Below the pieces are notes generated by a model, which was not told the DNA's origin, ran no database searches, and saw only the letters and a program-made list of their open reading frames with translations. Below, piece after piece: positions 1 to 8,933 of a stretch of DNA of 32,000 nucleotides. How positions within the stretch are numbered: position 1 is the stretch's first letter; each line of letters begins with the position of its first letter. Source of the stretch: Desulfotalea psychrophila LSv54 (GTDB lineage: Bacteria; Desulfobacterota; Desulfobulbia; Desulfobulbales; Desulfocapsaceae); NCBI RefSeq assembly GCF_000025945.1, contig NC_006138.1, positions 1,860,001 through 1,892,000 of the forward strand. The letters are read 5' to 3'. Position numbers and translations under genes: made by a program.

Positions 1-1324
1 AACCATAGGTGATAATCTGGGCTACGTGTTCGGCGCCACCGTATTTACGGCGTACATAGTCGATGACCTCTCCGCGGCGATCCTGGCAAAAATCGATATC
101 AAAATCCGGCATGGACTTTCTTTCAATATTGAGAAATCTCTCAAAGATCAGTCCATAGGGCATGGGATCAATATTGGTGATCTTCATGGCGTAGGCGGCA
201 ATACTACCGGCACCGGAACCACGGCCGGGCCCTACGGGGATATCCTTGCTCTTGGCCCAGTTGATAAAGTCGGCCACGATAAGGAAGTAACCAGGAAAGC
301 CCATGGTATTGATAACATCAATCTCCATTTCAAGACGGGCCTTGTAGGTTTTTTCGGTATTGTCCTTATAGCTTCCCAGGGCGCGCATTTCCTCAAAACG
401 GGTCTCTAAACCCTCCCAACATGCGGTGGTGAACATGGTGGAGAGACTCTCTCCCTCGGGCACGGGAAAATTGGGAAAATAGTAGTCATCGAAGGTGAGC
501 TCAAGGTTGCATCTGTCGGCAATTTCCTGGGTGCTGGCGATGGCTTCCGGACAGTGATGAAAGGCCCGTTCCATCTCTTTGGGAGATTTAAAATAAAACT
601 CGTCGGAGGAGAAACGAAAACGATTGGTATCGTTTATAGTCTTACCCATCTGGATACAGAGCAGTACCTCATGGGCATGGGCCTCTTGCCGGTTGAGGTA
701 GTGACAATCGTTGGTGGCGACTAGTTTGACTCCCATCTCCTTTGCCAGGATTTTGAGTCCGGCATTTACCGGTTGCTGCTCAGCAATGCTGTTTTCCTGC
801 AACTCAAAGTAGAGACGATCACCAAATATATCATGGAGCTCCTGAGCCTTTTTCCGGGCCCCGTCCATATCACCCTTCATGATCAGATAGGGTACCTGAC
901 CGTGCAGACAGGCGGTGAGGGCAATGATTCCCTCGTTATATTCCTGCAACACGGCCATATCAATTCGTGGTTTATAGTAAAAACCGTCGGATTGGGCGAT
1001 ACTGGCCATCTTCATCAGGTTTTGATAACCTGTTTTGTTCATGGCCAGAAGGACGATATGGTAGGCTGTCTGCCCATTGATTTTTTTTTGCTCGCGCATA
1101 TCGCCGGGGGCAATATAGAGTTCACTGCCGACGATGGGTTTTATCCCTGCTTTTTTTGCCTTGGTGTAAAATTCCAGGGCACCATACATGGCCCCGTGGT
1201 CAGTGATGGCCACGCTGTCCATGCCAAATTCTTTGCATTTATCAATGAGATCGGGAAGACGGATGGCCCCGTCTAGAAGGCTGTATTGGGTATGGACATG
1301 AAGATGGGTAAAACCTGCACTCAT
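1..1324 (-). CDS. dnaE: DNA polymerase III alpha subunit, N-terminal PHP domain and start of catalytic region; 3' end truncated by window
   Basis: Reverse-strand translation from ATG at 1324 reads [53 protein letters not shown]... and later ...[37 protein letters not shown]..., typical of DnaE. It is absent from the ORF track because it runs off the window; the track ORFs here are antisense shadows. Confidence 0.96.
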   Translation of the reverse strand, partial: MSAGFTHLHVHTQYSLLDGAIRLPDLIDKCKEFGMDSVAITDHGAMYGALEFYTKAKKAGIKPIVGSELYIAPGDMREQKKINGQTAYHIVLLAMNKTGYQNLMKMASIAQSDGFYYKPRIDMAVLQEYNEGIIALTACLHGQVPYLIMKGDMDGARKKAQELHDIFGDRLYFELQENSIAEQQPVNAGLKILAKEMGVKLVATNDCHYLNRQEAHAHEVLLCIQMGKTINDTNRFRFSSDEFYFKSPKEMERAFHHCPEAIASTQEIADRCNLELTFDDYYFPNFPVPEGESLSTMFTTACWEGLETRFEEMRALGSYKDNTEKTYKARLEMEIDVINTMGFPGYFLIVADFINWAKSKDIPVGPGRGSGAGSIAAYAMKITNIDPMPYGLIFERFLNIERKSMPDFDIDFCQDRRGEVIDYVRRKYGGAEHVAQIITYG

Positions 1325-1664
1325 TGGGTTTTGCTCCTGCAAAAAAGGTAAACTGGCCCTGCGGGCCTTGAAAAAACGGCTAGTATACAACACTCGCCAC
1401 GGCGAAAAAAGAGGCGAATTCTAAATAAATATTTAAGGTCTGTTTCTTCGTTGTAAGAGGCGGTAAAGATGGAATTAAATAAAAAGTATTTTTTGTCTGC
1501 AAAGAGGAGCTTATTTCCCTCCTTTCTGCCAACTAAAAATAATTTGTACGATTTTTGTACAAGGTGGAGATCACCTTTAGGGGCCTCTGCCCTGAGGATG
1601 GCCAGGAGAGAGGGGTATTCCACCTCCCTCCTGCTCTCAGCTACAACAGGCCTCCATTTGTAAA

Positions 1665-2327
1665 TTATGCGAGAACCTGTTTTTTAAACTCTTCAATACC
1701 AATACGCTCGATGAAGCGGGCTGTTCGTTCCCGTTTCTTAGAGTTATCCAAATAGTATTGGACACATTTTTCCATGAGGGCGAGGAGTGCTTCGTCATTT
1801 AAATCTTCGGCAATAAGGTCAGAAATACGGGCCTGTCTTCCGGAGTGACCGCCAAAAAAGAGGGACCAGCCACTCTTCTTACCGGTAATACCAATATCGC
1901 GGACAGATCCTTCGGCGCAGGTAAAAGGACAGCCGGAAACACCAACCTTCAATTTGGCAGGAAAATCACGTCCGGCCAGGAGCTCTTCAATGTGCTGACC
2001 AAAACCAAGGGCATCCTGAACACCAAATTTACAGAGGGTGGTACCAGGACATGCCTGTACATAGTGGAGGCAGAGTTCGGTGGCCTTGCCTGGCTCAAAG
2101 CCCAGGTCGCTGTAAATCTCGTCAATTTGTTCTTCTTTCATCCCAACCAGGGCGAGACGCTGACCAGAGGTGACTTTGACAATGGGAATATTATGCTTTT
2201 CTACCACGTCGGCCAGCTTTCGCAGTTGCTCAGGGCTGATAACTCCGGCGGGAATACGTGGAACGATGGCATAGCTCTGTTTATCTCGCTGTATAATAGC
2301 CCCTTTGAGTGAACTTTTTTCTGCCAT
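1665..2327 (-). CDS. Small assimilatory-type (low molecular weight) siroheme sulfite/nitrite reductase-like protein
   Basis: 220 aa containing CPGTTLC and CPFTC, the paired Cys motifs (C-x5-C, C-x3-C) of a siroheme-[4Fe-4S] centre, in a single short nitrite/sulfite reductase unit. Confidence 0.85.
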   Translation of the reverse strand: MAEKSSLKGAIIQRDKQSYAIVPRIPAGVISPEQLRKLADVVEKHNIPIVKVTSGQRLALVGMKEEQIDEIYSDLGFEPGKATELCLHYVQACPGTTLCKFGVQDALGFGQHIEELLAGRDFPAKLKVGVSGCPFTCAEGSVRDIGITGKKSGWSLFFGGHSGRQARISDLIAEDLNDEALLALMEKCVQYYLDNSKKRERTARFIERIGIEEFKKQVLA

Positions 2328-2427
2328 TTTTTATCTCCTTACCTGTTATTTTTGGTTGTATCGCCAATCTGGCGAAAAATTATTATATAATTCTGAATAG
2401 TCATTCTTCTCTACACCTTTTTTATTA

Positions 2428-3375
2428 TTAAAAAACGGGTTTGTAATCAAAAAAGTGTCTTGTCTCAAGCTTTCTGTATGTATGGGTCTCGGCCCGGGCG
2501 ATAAAAGAAGAGGTGATGGCCCCGTTTGGGGTAAATCGGACCCCCTCTAAAAACTCGCCATCGGTGACACCAGTTGCGGCAATGGCAATTTCGTGACTTC
2601 TAATAAGGTCTTCCAAACGAAATATTTTGTCAAAGTCCGTGATGCCATGGCACTCTGCGGCAGCCCTGTCCCGGTCGTTTTCATAGAAGATTTTTCCTTC
2701 AAAATATCCTCCCATACAACCCACGGCGGCGGCGATTAGTGCGCCTTCGGGGGCATAGCCATAACCAATATAAATATCAGATTTTTCTCCTGTGATGGCA
2801 GAGAGGCATCCTGAAATCTCTCCCTCATCGATCAGTTTGATTCGGGCACCGCACTTACGTATCTCTTCGATGAGCTGTTGGTGCCGTGGCTGGTTGAGTA
2901 CGCAGACAGTCATGTTCTCGGTGTATTTGCCAAGGGCTCGGGCGCATCTCTTAATGTTAACAGTGGGGGACTGGTTAATATCGACAACCTTGCCAATTCT
3001 GGGGCCAACCACAATTTTGTACATGCCTAGGTTGGGTAGGGTTTGGATGGAACCTCGTTTGCCAATGACTGCATAGGCCGTGGCGTTGTTTTTGCCGTCT
3101 GCCGCCGAGTGGTGCGCCTCAAGGGCAATGGCCATAAGATCTGTCACCTGCTCACCGACACCGATGGTCTCTGGTAGGGGCCGGATATCCGGGCTGGTGG
3201 CAAATCTGTCGTTGACCACATGGCCGCAGACGTTAAGACGGCTCAGTGTCTTGGTGATGGCCTCTCGCGCCTGATTGAGAATGTCTATATGGTTGCCGAG
3301 TCCCTGAATACGGGCCGCGGTGAGTGCCGCAATTTCTGTGGCCCTTACGATCTCCATCCCATAGTTTTTATTCAT
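2428..3375 (-). CDS. glpX: Class II fructose-1,6-bisphosphatase (GlpX family)
   Basis: 315 aa; GlpX-like N-terminus (MEIVRATEIAALTAARIQGLGN) and GYGYAPEGALIAAAVGCMGGYFEGKI, GVTDGEFLEGVRF. Confidence 0.9.
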   Translation of the reverse strand: MNKNYGMEIVRATEIAALTAARIQGLGNHIDILNQAREAITKTLSRLNVCGHVVNDRFATSPDIRPLPETIGVGEQVTDLMAIALEAHHSAADGKNNATAYAVIGKRGSIQTLPNLGMYKIVVGPRIGKVVDINQSPTVNIKRCARALGKYTENMTVCVLNQPRHQQLIEEIRKCGARIKLIDEGEISGCLSAITGEKSDIYIGYGYAPEGALIAAAVGCMGGYFEGKIFYENDRDRAAAECHGITDFDKIFRLEDLIRSHEIAIAATGVTDGEFLEGVRFTPNGAITSSFIARAETHTYRKLETRHFFDYKPVF

Positions 3376-3390
3376 TGTTCTGCTCGCTTT

Positions 3391-5208
3391 TTAGTTTATA
3401 TCTGAGTCGCGGTTCTGACTGTTGTAAGACTGGATTTTTCCCATTATCAGGTCTCGCTCCTGCTGCAGGAGCTTGCCGGCAATGGTGTTTTTTATCTTGA
3501 GAGGCTGTGGAAATTCATCAATAAATTCAATGTCAAGTGGTGCCGGTTCAAGCCTTACCGCAGCCTTTATCAACTCGTCCGGGGTAGGGAGGATAATGCC
3601 ATAGAGCTGGTGCGGGGTATGAACCAGGGCATGGCCACGATTATAGTAGGCGGCGGCAAAACCTCCATCGACATTAATGGCCACCCCGTCTTCACTGGCC
3701 ATTTTATTTCCCTGCATATAGTTAACAGGGGTATGGCCGAAGATCACTCTCTGGATGCCAAATTCCTCCTGCATTTTTTCTTTGAAGGCATCGCTTTGCA
3801 TATTTTTTTGCCAGTAGAGGGAGTGCTCCGCATGTCGCTCCTTATCGAGGAGGAAATAGCGTTCAAAGGTCTTCATGGCATGTTTGCCAAAAAAAGGTGA
3901 TTTAGGTCCGCACCAGAGGTAGAAGAAGAGGGCTAGATCATCGGCACTCTGTTCCCGGTTATAGAGATAGTTTTGCCCTGTTCGTCTTATGACCTTTTGA
4001 ATATAGTCAAGCAGGTCCTTGCCCTTATGGCCCATGAACTCTTCAAATTCGCCTTCCTTGGTTGACGGTACCAGGGCGTGGATATTTAAGAAATTATTAC
4101 TGATATGATAGGTGCTGCCCTCTTCAAAGAAGAACTTGAGGAGACGTTTGAGGTATTTATTGGAGCGAAACTGTTCTATCAGATCATTGATGATTTCGCT
4201 CTCCTCCTTGCTCAGTTTGCTGGGGTTTTCAAGGTCAATGGTTGGGAAATCGCTGTCGTTGAGTTCCTCTGTCGCGCCTGTTTTGAGCATTTCTGCCAGT
4301 CTCTCCAGCCACAGACGTTTTTCCATACCATAGTGGGGGAAGTCGTTGATCAGTTTCTCTTCAAGTTTGAATTGAATGACGGTGAGCGCCTTTTCCATGG
4401 CCCGACCACGATCGGTTTTGGCCTTGAATTTTCCCGTGGCCTTTTTGATTTCATAGGTGCGCTCGGCAAATTCAGCGAGCCTACTGGTATCAAAGCGCAG
4501 GCGGTTGAGTAGTCTGAAGTGGTCGTAGCGACAGGTGATGCGCAGAGTTTCTGCCACCAGCGACGGGGTGCCTGCTGCCGCTCCCATCCAGAGAATATCA
4601 TGGTTGCCAAAGACATAGTCCACCATCTCTTTATAGGCAGGTGAGGAGAGGATGCGGATGATTTTGTCGGGTTGTGAACCACGGTCAAAGACGTCCCCAA
4701 GTACTTGAATACGATCAAGGAGTACCTGGCGAATGGCATAGCTGAGATGAAAGATGAGGCGATCGGAGATAATACTCTCTTCAAAGATGGGGTCAGGAAC
4801 CGGCAGACCTGCCAGCAGGCGGCCGATGGTCTCTCGGAATTCTGGCAAGAATATCTCGCGGTTACGGTTTGTAGAGTTTGTCAGCTTATATTTGAGTATT
4901 TGGACAAAGCAGAGGATGACATCCTGTCTATCCATCTGTTGTTGGCTGTCCGCAAAATAATTTTTTTTACGAACTATTTTGGCAAGATACTGTATTTTTT
5001 CAGGCGTAAAGGTGGCAGGTAAACCTTCTTTGCAGGTTTGGTAGAGCATGCCAAAACGACCGCGCAGAATGGATTTAAAACGATCTCCTTCGCCGTGGAG
5101 ATCGCTGATCCACAGGGTTGTGGGGATGTTTGCATTGAGCTCTGTTTCGATCCTTAGGAGTTTTTGTGAGAGTTTATCTATCTCGGTGATACAAATTTTT
5201 TCGGCCAT
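3391..5208 (-). CDS. fbp: Class III fructose-1,6-bisphosphatase (Bacillus/Firmicutes-type, metallophosphatase fold)
   Basis: 605 aa; metallophosphatase motifs [48 protein letters not shown]; size and layout of class III FBPase. Confidence 0.88.
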
Positions 5209-5319
5209 GCTATCTCCGTCAGCGGGTAAAGAGAACGATTGTTTTGCACGTTATGCAGAATCAGGGGGTTGCTCATTGTATTAAAGGGAACCTTGAAAAC
5301 ACCAGTTTTTCAGGCCATC

Positions 5320-6444
5320 TTAAATATAAATCAGTTGATATTTACGGGAGCCCAGACCGATTTTTTCGGCATAATCAAGGCCCATATCCTTTGGTACTTT
5401 ATCGTGGATTGCGGTGAATTTGCACTCTCCTACCCGATAGTTCTCTGGCAGCTTGTGCATGGCGCTTGGAATAATAGGTGCTTGGTCAGCCATATCAATA
5501 CAGGCCTGGTCAAGGGCCACAGGGTCAGCACTGGCAAAGATACCCAAATCTGGACAGATGGGGGCATCTGACCAGGAGAGACAGTCACACTCCGGGGTAA
5601 TATTTATCGCAAAATTAATAAAAAGCGAGGGGCTTTTTTTTGTTTTAAGTACAGCCAGGGCGTACTCCATCATCTTTTCCAGAAACTCTTGGATGCCTGT
5701 CTCCCAGTTGACCTGAAGGGCACCGGTCTTGCAGGCAAGAAGGCAGGCACCGCAACCAACGCAGAGCTGGTCGTCTACCTGAATTTTTTTATTGCTATCA
5801 AGGGAGAGGGCTCCATGTTGGCAGAGTTCCATACAGAGACCACAGCCAACACATTTATGCACATTTCCTTTGGGGCCGGAGGTGCAGTGTTGTTGCATTT
5901 TTCCCCGTTTAGAGGCGCAACCCATGCCGATATTCTTCAGGGCACCACCGTAGCCGGCAAGGCCATGGCCTTTAAAGTGACTGATGGCGACAAGATGGTC
6001 TGCCCTAGCAATGTCTGAGGCAATATAGGTCTGCTTGAAATGGCTGTTTTTATGGGGCTCTGAGTTGACGATCACTTCGCTTTCACCTCGCAGACCATCG
6101 GCAATAATGACCGGCGCCCCGAGCAGGAGGGGATCAAAACCATTGAGGGCTGCACACATCTGGTGGTCTGGGGCATTGCCTCTCTCGCCTGTGTAGAGGG
6201 TTGAGGTATCGGTGAGAAATGGCTTGGCACCCGCCTTTTTATAGTAGGAAATAATTGGCTTGAGCCAGATTGGGCGGAGAAAGGTGGTATTGCCAAGTTC
6301 TCCGAAATGGACCTTCAGAGCGGTTAAGTCGCCGGAGGCTATATGTTCCGTTGCCTTTGTTGTTTTTAGAATCTTTCTTATTCTATTATTAAAGGGCGCC
6401 TTTATTGATGCACGCATATTCCAAAAATAGACCTTGCTTGACAT
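5320..6444 (-). CDS. DUF362 family protein with two [4Fe-4S] ferredoxin motifs
   Basis: C-x2-C-x2-C-x3-C motifs CVGCGLCMELC and CVGCGACLLAC inserted in a DUF362-like sequence. The track ORF starts at 6525; MSSKVYFW at 6444 is the more plausible start. Confidence 0.83.
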   Translation of the reverse strand: MSSKVYFWNMRASIKAPFNNRIRKILKTTKATEHIASGDLTALKVHFGELGNTTFLRPIWLKPIISYYKKAGAKPFLTDTSTLYTGERGNAPDHQMCAALNGFDPLLLGAPVIIADGLRGESEVIVNSEPHKNSHFKQTYIASDIARADHLVAISHFKGHGLAGYGGALKNIGMGCASKRGKMQQHCTSGPKGNVHKCVGCGLCMELCQHGALSLDSNKKIQVDDQLCVGCGACLLACKTGALQVNWETGIQEFLEKMMEYALAVLKTKKSPSLFINFAINITPECDCLSWSDAPICPDLGIFASADPVALDQACIDMADQAPIIPSAMHKLPENYRVGECKFTAIHDKVPKDMGLDYAEKIGLGSRKYQLIYI

Positions 6445-6527
6445 AATTACCTCCGGGAAAACATGAAAACTGCCATCGATTTTGTGATAAAGGCACCCTA
6501 TAGAACGTATGGCCCTGTGATGCAACC

Positions 6528-6568
6528 AAAAAAACCTCCAAAGTGCAGAGCACTCTGAAGGTTTTTTA
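6528..6568 (-). terminator. Rho-independent terminator-like hairpin downstream of the desulfoferrodoxin gene
   Basis: Plus strand aaaaaaacctccaaagtgcagagcactctgaaggttttttat: arms AAAACCT/AGGTTTT and inner AGTGC/GCACT, with poly-T on either strand. Confidence 0.7.
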
Positions 6569-6591
6569 TTTGTTTATCTGCAAGATGTCTT

Positions 6592-6966
6592 TTATGCCTT
6601 CCAAAGCCCATGCAGGTTGCAGTAGGCGCGAAACTGAACGTCTCCTTCGACAGCCGGAAAACATGCCTTGGGGGTGCTACCCGGTTTGAGGTGAACGCGA
6701 TATACCTTATCTTCTGCCAGCATCTCAATCCATTCGATAAAATGATCTTCAGTCATGGGATGAAGGGTGCTGCCGACCTGTACTACCCAACCACAATCCT
6801 TTTTCTCTGCTACCGGCACGTGTTTTTCAACAGCCGCATCGGTGGTGTTTTCGCTAAGAAGAACCATGTTCTCTCCACAGCAGGCCAATGCTCCGGCGCC
6901 TGGGGTCAATATCTCAACGATGTTACCACAGAGCTCACATTTGTAGATTTGTTTCATTTCAGGCAT
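6592..6966 (-). CDS. dfx: Desulfoferrodoxin / superoxide reductase
   Basis: 124 aa; N-terminal desulforedoxin motif YKCELCGNIVEIL...CCGENM, SOR motifs EKHVP and YCNLHGLWK. Confidence 0.95.
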   Translation of the reverse strand: MPEMKQIYKCELCGNIVEILTPGAGALACCGENMVLLSENTTDAAVEKHVPVAEKKDCGWVVQVGSTLHPMTEDHFIEWIEMLAEDKVYRVHLKPGSTPKACFPAVEGDVQFRAYCNLHGLWKA

Positions 6967-7041
6967 AGAACGCTCCTATTTTATTCGGTTACGATTTTAA
7001 TGGATAGCTACAAGACATTTTTGAAAAAATATTTACCAACA

Positions 7042-7056
7042 CATCATTATATGATG
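7042..7056. promoter_or_regulatory. 15-bp perfect inverted repeat in the divergent dfx/DOMON intergenic region, possible operator
   Basis: CATCAT-TAT-ATGATG between divergently transcribed genes. Confidence 0.35.
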
Positions 7057-7209
7057 AAAAAAATACATTGCATAGTTTTGTCAGAAAATATTCTAAAAAT
7101 GTCTGGTTGGCCAATGCTATTTTCGTTAGTCCCATTTATTGACTTCTATATGGCCCATATGAGAAAATTCGGAAGTGATGAGATTATTTTAACCAATGGG
7201 GAGGGAGTT

Positions 7210-7743
7210 ATGAGATTTTTTTTATCCGTCTGTGCTCTATTTTTATTTCTGGGCACATCTGTCTACGCAGGTGAGTACCCGCATAGGATAAAAACTTCGG
7301 AAATGGAGTTTTCCTGGCGACTTGATGCAGATCGCCTCTATGTTAATCTTTCGGCTTTCACTAAAAGTTGGGTAGGGATCGGTTTTAATCCGGTGAAGAA
7401 GATGAAGGGGGCAAATTTTATTCTGGGTCATGTGGAAAATGGTGTCTTGAAATTGGTGGATGAGGTGGGGACCGGTCTGACCCGTCATCAAAATGATAAT
7501 CTCTTTGGTGGGGGGATGGATGTGACAGCCATCGCCGGGAGCCTGGTTAATGGTAGGACGAATATTGAGTTTTCGCTCCCCCTTCAGTCAGGAGATATAA
7601 ATGATAGTGAGATAAACAGTAGGGGAGAGAACATTATCCTTCTGGCCCATGGCTGGAAGATGAACAACCTGCGAAAAAAACACAGCTATAGGGCTAAATT
7701 TAAGGTAAATCTGCAAACAGGAAAGTATGTAAAATTATTATGA
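7210..7743 (+). CDS. Secreted DOMON-domain-like protein
   Basis: 177 aa from ATG 7210 after GGGAGGGAG; signal peptide MRFFLSVCALFLFLGTSVYA; DOMON-like pattern FSWRLDADRLYVNLSAFTKSWVGIGFNPVKKMKGANFILGHV. The upstream extension in the 377-aa track ORF (6610 start) is dfx antisense. Confidence 0.72.
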   Translation: MRFFLSVCALFLFLGTSVYAGEYPHRIKTSEMEFSWRLDADRLYVNLSAFTKSWVGIGFNPVKKMKGANFILGHVENGVLKLVDEVGTGLTRHQNDNLFGGGMDVTAIAGSLVNGRTNIEFSLPLQSGDINDSEINSRGENIILLAHGWKMNNLRKKHSYRAKFKVNLQTGKYVKLL

Positions 7744-7795
7744 GTGAGCGCCATTAGGGCGTAATGTAAAGTAAAGTAAAGAGTAGGGTGGTGCT

Positions 7796-7930
7796 GTGGG
7801 AAAAAAGGAAAAGAAGAAGTGTTGCGGTAAGTTCGAAAAAAAGGGCAAGTACTGTAAGAACTGTCCCTGTCTTGTCGATGCTCAGTGCGCCTGCACTGAG
7901 AAAAAGAAAAAAAACAAAAAAAAGGAGTAG
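7796..7930 (+). CDS. Cys/Lys-rich miniprotein, putative metal-binding
   Basis: GTG start at 7796 preceded by AGGGTGGT; translation MGKKEKKKCCGKFEKKGKYCKNCPCLVDAQCACTEKKKKNKKKE* (44 aa, 7 Cys). Not in the ORF track because it is short and starts with GTG. Confidence 0.6.
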   Translation: MGKKEKKKCCGKFEKKGKYCKNCPCLVDAQCACTEKKKKNKKKE

Positions 7931-7936
7931 TTTCCT

Positions 7937-8446
7937 ATGATTAGTAAAAAAGTAAATCATGCCCTTAATGTTCAAATCAACGCTGAGTTTTTTTCATCTT
8001 ATCTCTATCTCTCGATGTCAGCTTGGCTTGGCAGTAAAAATTTGACGGGATTTTCCTCATGGATGCGTGCCCAGGCCCAGGAAGAACTTTTTCATGCGAC
8101 CAAGATGTATGATTATGTTATTGAGCGTGGCGGTGAGGTAGAGCTTTTTACCATTGAACAACCGAAGAGTGTTTGGACATCTGCTTCTGAGGTGATGAGT
8201 GACGTGGTCGATCATGAGGCTAAAGTGACCGGTATGATTAATGATTTGCTGGATGTTTCCATCGAGGAACGCGATCACGCAGCGAGCATATTTCTCCAGT
8301 GGTTTGTGGCGGAGCAGGTAGAAGAGGAGGCCACCGTTGGCGGTGTTTTTGAGAAAATGAAACTCATTGGTGGTGATACGGCCGGACTCTTTGTCCTGGA
8401 TGTTGAACTGGCTAAACGTCAGTTTGTCCCACCGGTTGCGGGCTAA
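7937..8446 (+). CDS. ftn: Ferritin (bacterial non-heme type)
   Basis: 169 aa; four-helix ferritin pattern LNVQINAEFFSSYLYLSMSAWL, AQAQEELFHATKMYDYV, FLQWFVAEQVEEEATV. Confidence 0.95.
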   Translation: MISKKVNHALNVQINAEFFSSYLYLSMSAWLGSKNLTGFSSWMRAQAQEELFHATKMYDYVIERGGEVELFTIEQPKSVWTSASEVMSDVVDHEAKVTGMINDLLDVSIEERDHAASIFLQWFVAEQVEEEATVGGVFEKMKLIGGDTAGLFVLDVELAKRQFVPPVAG

Positions 8447-8543
8447 TAGGCATTTTAAAGAGGATGGAGCCTGCAAATTCCGGGGCTCTGTCCGAATGAG
8501 AAAAGAGGCTTCAGTGATTTTTTAAGGATTTACGGAGAAACGC

Positions 8544-8894
8544 ATGGCCATTGATTGGGCGTATATTCGAAGAGGTTGAACCTCCTGTAAGAAGGGCGGT
8601 CAGGTCTTTAGTGAAAATAATTTGCATGTGGTAGAGGAGGAAAATGCCAAAAAAGATCCTCTGCGTGAGGCTGGCCTGCTTGATCTGTTAGCCCTCTGTG
8701 ACAGTTTTTTCGTAACCAGCGGTAAAAAAATCCTGCCATACTCCGCAGGCGGGGAGCAGCAGGAGCTGTTAGAAAAGATAACTGGTCGAACCGGTAATCT
8801 GCGCGCGCCAACTCTTCGAATTGGTGCTACCCTGTATGTGGGTTATAATGAAGAGTTGTATCAGAGAGTTCTTGCTACTCAAGTTGATGGATGA
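8544..8894 (+). CDS. Probable selenoprotein: ArsC/Spx-like thioredoxin-fold protein with UxxC motif (Sec12 encoded by TGA at 8577..8579)
   Basis: ATG 8544 with SD (CGGAGA). Read-through translation: MAIDWAYIRRG-U-TSCKKGGQVFSENNLHVVEEENAKKDPLREAGLLDLLALCDSFFVTSGKKILPYSAGGEQQELLEKITGRTGNLRAPTLRIGATLYVGYNEELYQRVLATQVDG. The protein is continuous on both sides of the TGA, and a hairpin with a GGUC loop follows. The track reports only 8622..8894. Confidence 0.85.
8577..8609 (+). promoter_or_regulatory. Candidate bacterial SECIS element following the in-frame TGA
   Basis: UGA-ACCUCCUGUAAGAAGGGC-GGUCA-GGUCUUU: hairpin G91.U09, A92-U08, A93-U07, G94-C06, G95.U05, (G/G mismatch), C97-G03 with apical GGUCA (numbers are 85xx/86xx). 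The loop begins exactly 18 nt after UGA, as in E. coli fdhF. Confidence 0.7.
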
Positions 8895-8933
8895 TTGTTG
8901 GCATGGACAGATAATTTTTTTTGAGGAGCTCTT

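Noticed and set aside
773-1276. 167-aa plus-strand ORF (and 26..409)
   Set aside because: Antisense shadows of the well-supported dnaE reading frame.
1321-1623. 100-aa minus-strand ORF upstream of dnaE
   Set aside because: No recognisable family, no clear RBS, and it overlaps the dnaE start; probably non-coding.
6610-7209. N-terminal 200 codons of the 377-aa plus-strand track ORF 6610..7743
   Set aside because: They lie antisense to desulfoferrodoxin and the intergenic region; a clean signal peptide and RBS define the real start at 7210.
7754-7975. 73-aa hydrophobic minus-strand ORF, apparent membrane peptide
   Set aside because: The Leu/Phe richness mirrors the Lys-rich miniprotein and ferritin start on the other strand (TTT/CTT opposite AAA/AAG).
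8622-8894. 90-aa ORF starting with TTG as given in the track
   Set aside because: It is the 3' part of the read-through selenoprotein; upstream codons across the TGA give a better start, RBS and the active site.
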